DNA of 62,804 bases from Balamuthia mandrillaris. Taxonomy: Eukaryota. Positions within the stretch are counted from its first letter, which is position 1. Every line of letters starts with the position of its first letter. The DNA lies in NCBI GenBank assembly GCA_031835245.2, contig JAVKOQ020000086.1, forward strand, positions 124,001 through 186,804. The letters are read 5' to 3'. Shown here piece by piece: positions 60,837 to 62,804 of this stretch. Below the pieces are notes generated by a model that saw nothing but the letters and a program-made list of their open reading frames with translations, had not been told where the DNA came from and did not search any database. The position numbers and the translations under genes are program-made.

Positions 60837-62795
60837 TTACTCCATAACAGCTTTGATGATATATCCAACAGCAATAACCTTGTTGCCAGAGCAGAGCATT
60901 ACTCTGTTGTTGTTCTCCTCCTCTTCTTTCAAATAATAAACAGGTCTCGGCATGTCCAGTCGCACCAAAACGCGACTCCTGTTTGAACTCGCTTGTTGTT
61001 GGTGTTGTCGAGCCGCCACAAAACGACCGGTTCTGGCATCCCACCGTTCTAGCAGCTGAGTGAGAGTGCATTCCTTCCATTTCGTTGTGAGCGTCGGCAC
61101 GGAAGCAGAGGCAGAAAGAGCAAAGGAATGCAATGGGATGGAAGCAGATTTGCCTGCAGCAATGAAGGAGCGCTCCACAACGATTAAATCTGCGATGAAG
61201 GCTTTGCTTCTTTGCAGAGCCATCCTCTTTGCTCCCTTCAAGAGTTCCTCTGCAACGGGAGGGCAAAAGAGTAAGATACCATCACCCTCAGCTTCGTCTC
61301 CTTCTTCGCCAACAATGGCATCATCATGAAAAAGGCTACTGGGAGTCTCTTTTCCATCACCTTCTGGTTGCTGTTTGTTTAACAGAAGCGTTATCGCAAG
61401 GGCGAAGAAGCTTCAACACCACTCGATCTGACGGCACTGCACAACCTAGTTTACGATGACTGGCTTTGCTGTTGTCTTCATCATTTCCAGAGGACTGTTG
61501 TCGATGACAGTGTTCAAAGCTCGTTAGAAACGAAGAAAGAGTTGAGCTGTTTGCCCCTGGAAAGTAGAAACTAAACCGTTTTCCAGCACGTAATAGTCCA
61601 CTTTGAACTGTTACCTCAACCGTGATTGAAGATGAAGAAGCACGAGGAGGAGGAGGAGGAGGAGAAGAAGAAGAAGAACAAGGAGAAGTAGAAGAAGAAG
61701 AAGAAGAAGAAGAAGAAGAAGGAGCGTTGGCATTGCTCGTTCTGAACCAAACAGCATGTACGGAGAGTCTTAGCGAAGAGTGTATCATCTTTCGTATCAA
61801 CGAACGATACATTCTGTTTGCCACCAGTTGGATTGCTTCCAACAAAGTGCATCCCTTGTACCATGGCGTTACTTCTAGAGACAGTTTCACAATGTTGACT
61901 TGTTTTTTTCTTTCTCCTTGCGCTTGCCAAGAAGAGTAAGGAACGAATAAGAGAGACTTTGGTCGATAGCCCGATCGTTCAACAACTTGCTCCACTTCCT
62001 TCTTTATCTCCTCGAAGCGTTCTCTCTTCATTCCACCCCCACTTTCGCCTCCGCTTTGGTCCTCCACAACATCCGCTTTGCTCACTGCCACAATCACGTG
62101 CTCTACGCCCAAGGTTAAAGCCGTTCTGAGCTGCAGAGGGATGCTGTGTGCGGTGCCGCTTAAAGCGGAGAGACCCGTCTCAAACTCACCAGAGAGTGCG
62201 CTGATGGTAAGCAAAACGGCTGTCGTGGAGCCGTTGGCGTAGTTGTTGGCCCACAGAAGAGAGAGGCATGTGTCCTGAACAAAGGTTTGAGCATTGGAGC
62301 GAGTGGAAGAGTAGACGCTCAAAGAAAGGTCGTAGGGCGTGTTGCTATTGATGAGGTGGGTCAAGAGAGTGCTGTGCAGAGATTGCTTGCCGGAGTAAGC
62401 GTGTCCCATGATCGCTAGGTCGAACGTTACCTTCCTCTCTATGCCTCTTTTCTTTAATGCTTTTTTATGTTTGTTTATTTAGACACAAGAAGAGAGAGAG
62501 AGAGAGAGAAGAACGAAAGATTACCGTAAAGGACCATGGCACGGAGCTGCCAGGTTTGTTGTTCCTGGCCGTCCTCGTCAGTTGCGGTTGCTTCGGCATT
62601 ACATCCGCTTCTTCTTCTATCGGCGAAAGCCAGCTCCAGCGCTTTGGCCTTCCAAAGCGACGCGTCAGCGGCCCACGCCCTCAACGTGCGACTCGTGGCC
62701 TGCAAGGACAGCAGTTCGTTCACCCCTACCGACCGGCATATCCACAGCCCCACCTCGAATGGCATCCTCTTATATCTTCTATCATATTCTCTCAT
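60837..62795 (-). CDS. F-box + degenerate EF1A/HBS1-like GTPase (domains I-III); frame break near 61360-61400
   Basis: F-box-like MPFEVGLWI..LQATSRTLRAWAADASLW, intron 62524-62445, then GHAYSGK, GEFETG, LGVEHVIVAVSKAD, RFEEIKKEV, PWYKGCTLLEAI, VQSGLL. Domain III (FIADLIV..LLERWDARTG..KVIAVGYI) is in a different frame. Confidence 0.75.
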
Positions 62796-62804
62796 GTCCT
62801 TGCT

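Overview
Gene-dense, intron-rich eukaryotic DNA. It is most likely amoebozoan, inferred from an ABP34-family actin-bundling gene, amoeba-type receptor/TKL kinases, and short GT-AG introns with (CT)n/(CTT)n microsatellites. A Balamuthia/Acanthamoeba-like host is plausible but cannot be confirmed. About 20 protein genes are present: an F-box/LRR inverted paralog pair, GGT, CHFR, a GATA factor, bacterial-type PARG, a receptor kinase, a BAH-JAMM protein, a sterol desaturase, a BET bromodomain protein, CRAL-TRIO, TLC, a GT2-like protein, a Trf4/MEE44-like nucleotidyltransferase, ABP34-like and a TKL kinase. The main highlight is a stand-alone, apparently intact Fanzor2 (IS607/TnpB-derived RNA-guided nuclease; 33716-35455, minus). 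It has an N-terminal C2H2 zinc finger, a structured omegaRNA-like 3' end, a predicted two-intron leader with an overlapping uORF, no transposase nearby, and a frameshifted histone H2B fragment upstream. Other highlights: (i) a signal peptide + unknown domain + 5'-nucleotidase + SLC25 carrier fusion directly downstream; (ii) an F-box fused to a degenerate EF1A-like GTPase; (iii) a recurrent TGTCGACA intergenic motif and several long perfect palindromes. Exon structures were read by eye and are provisional.
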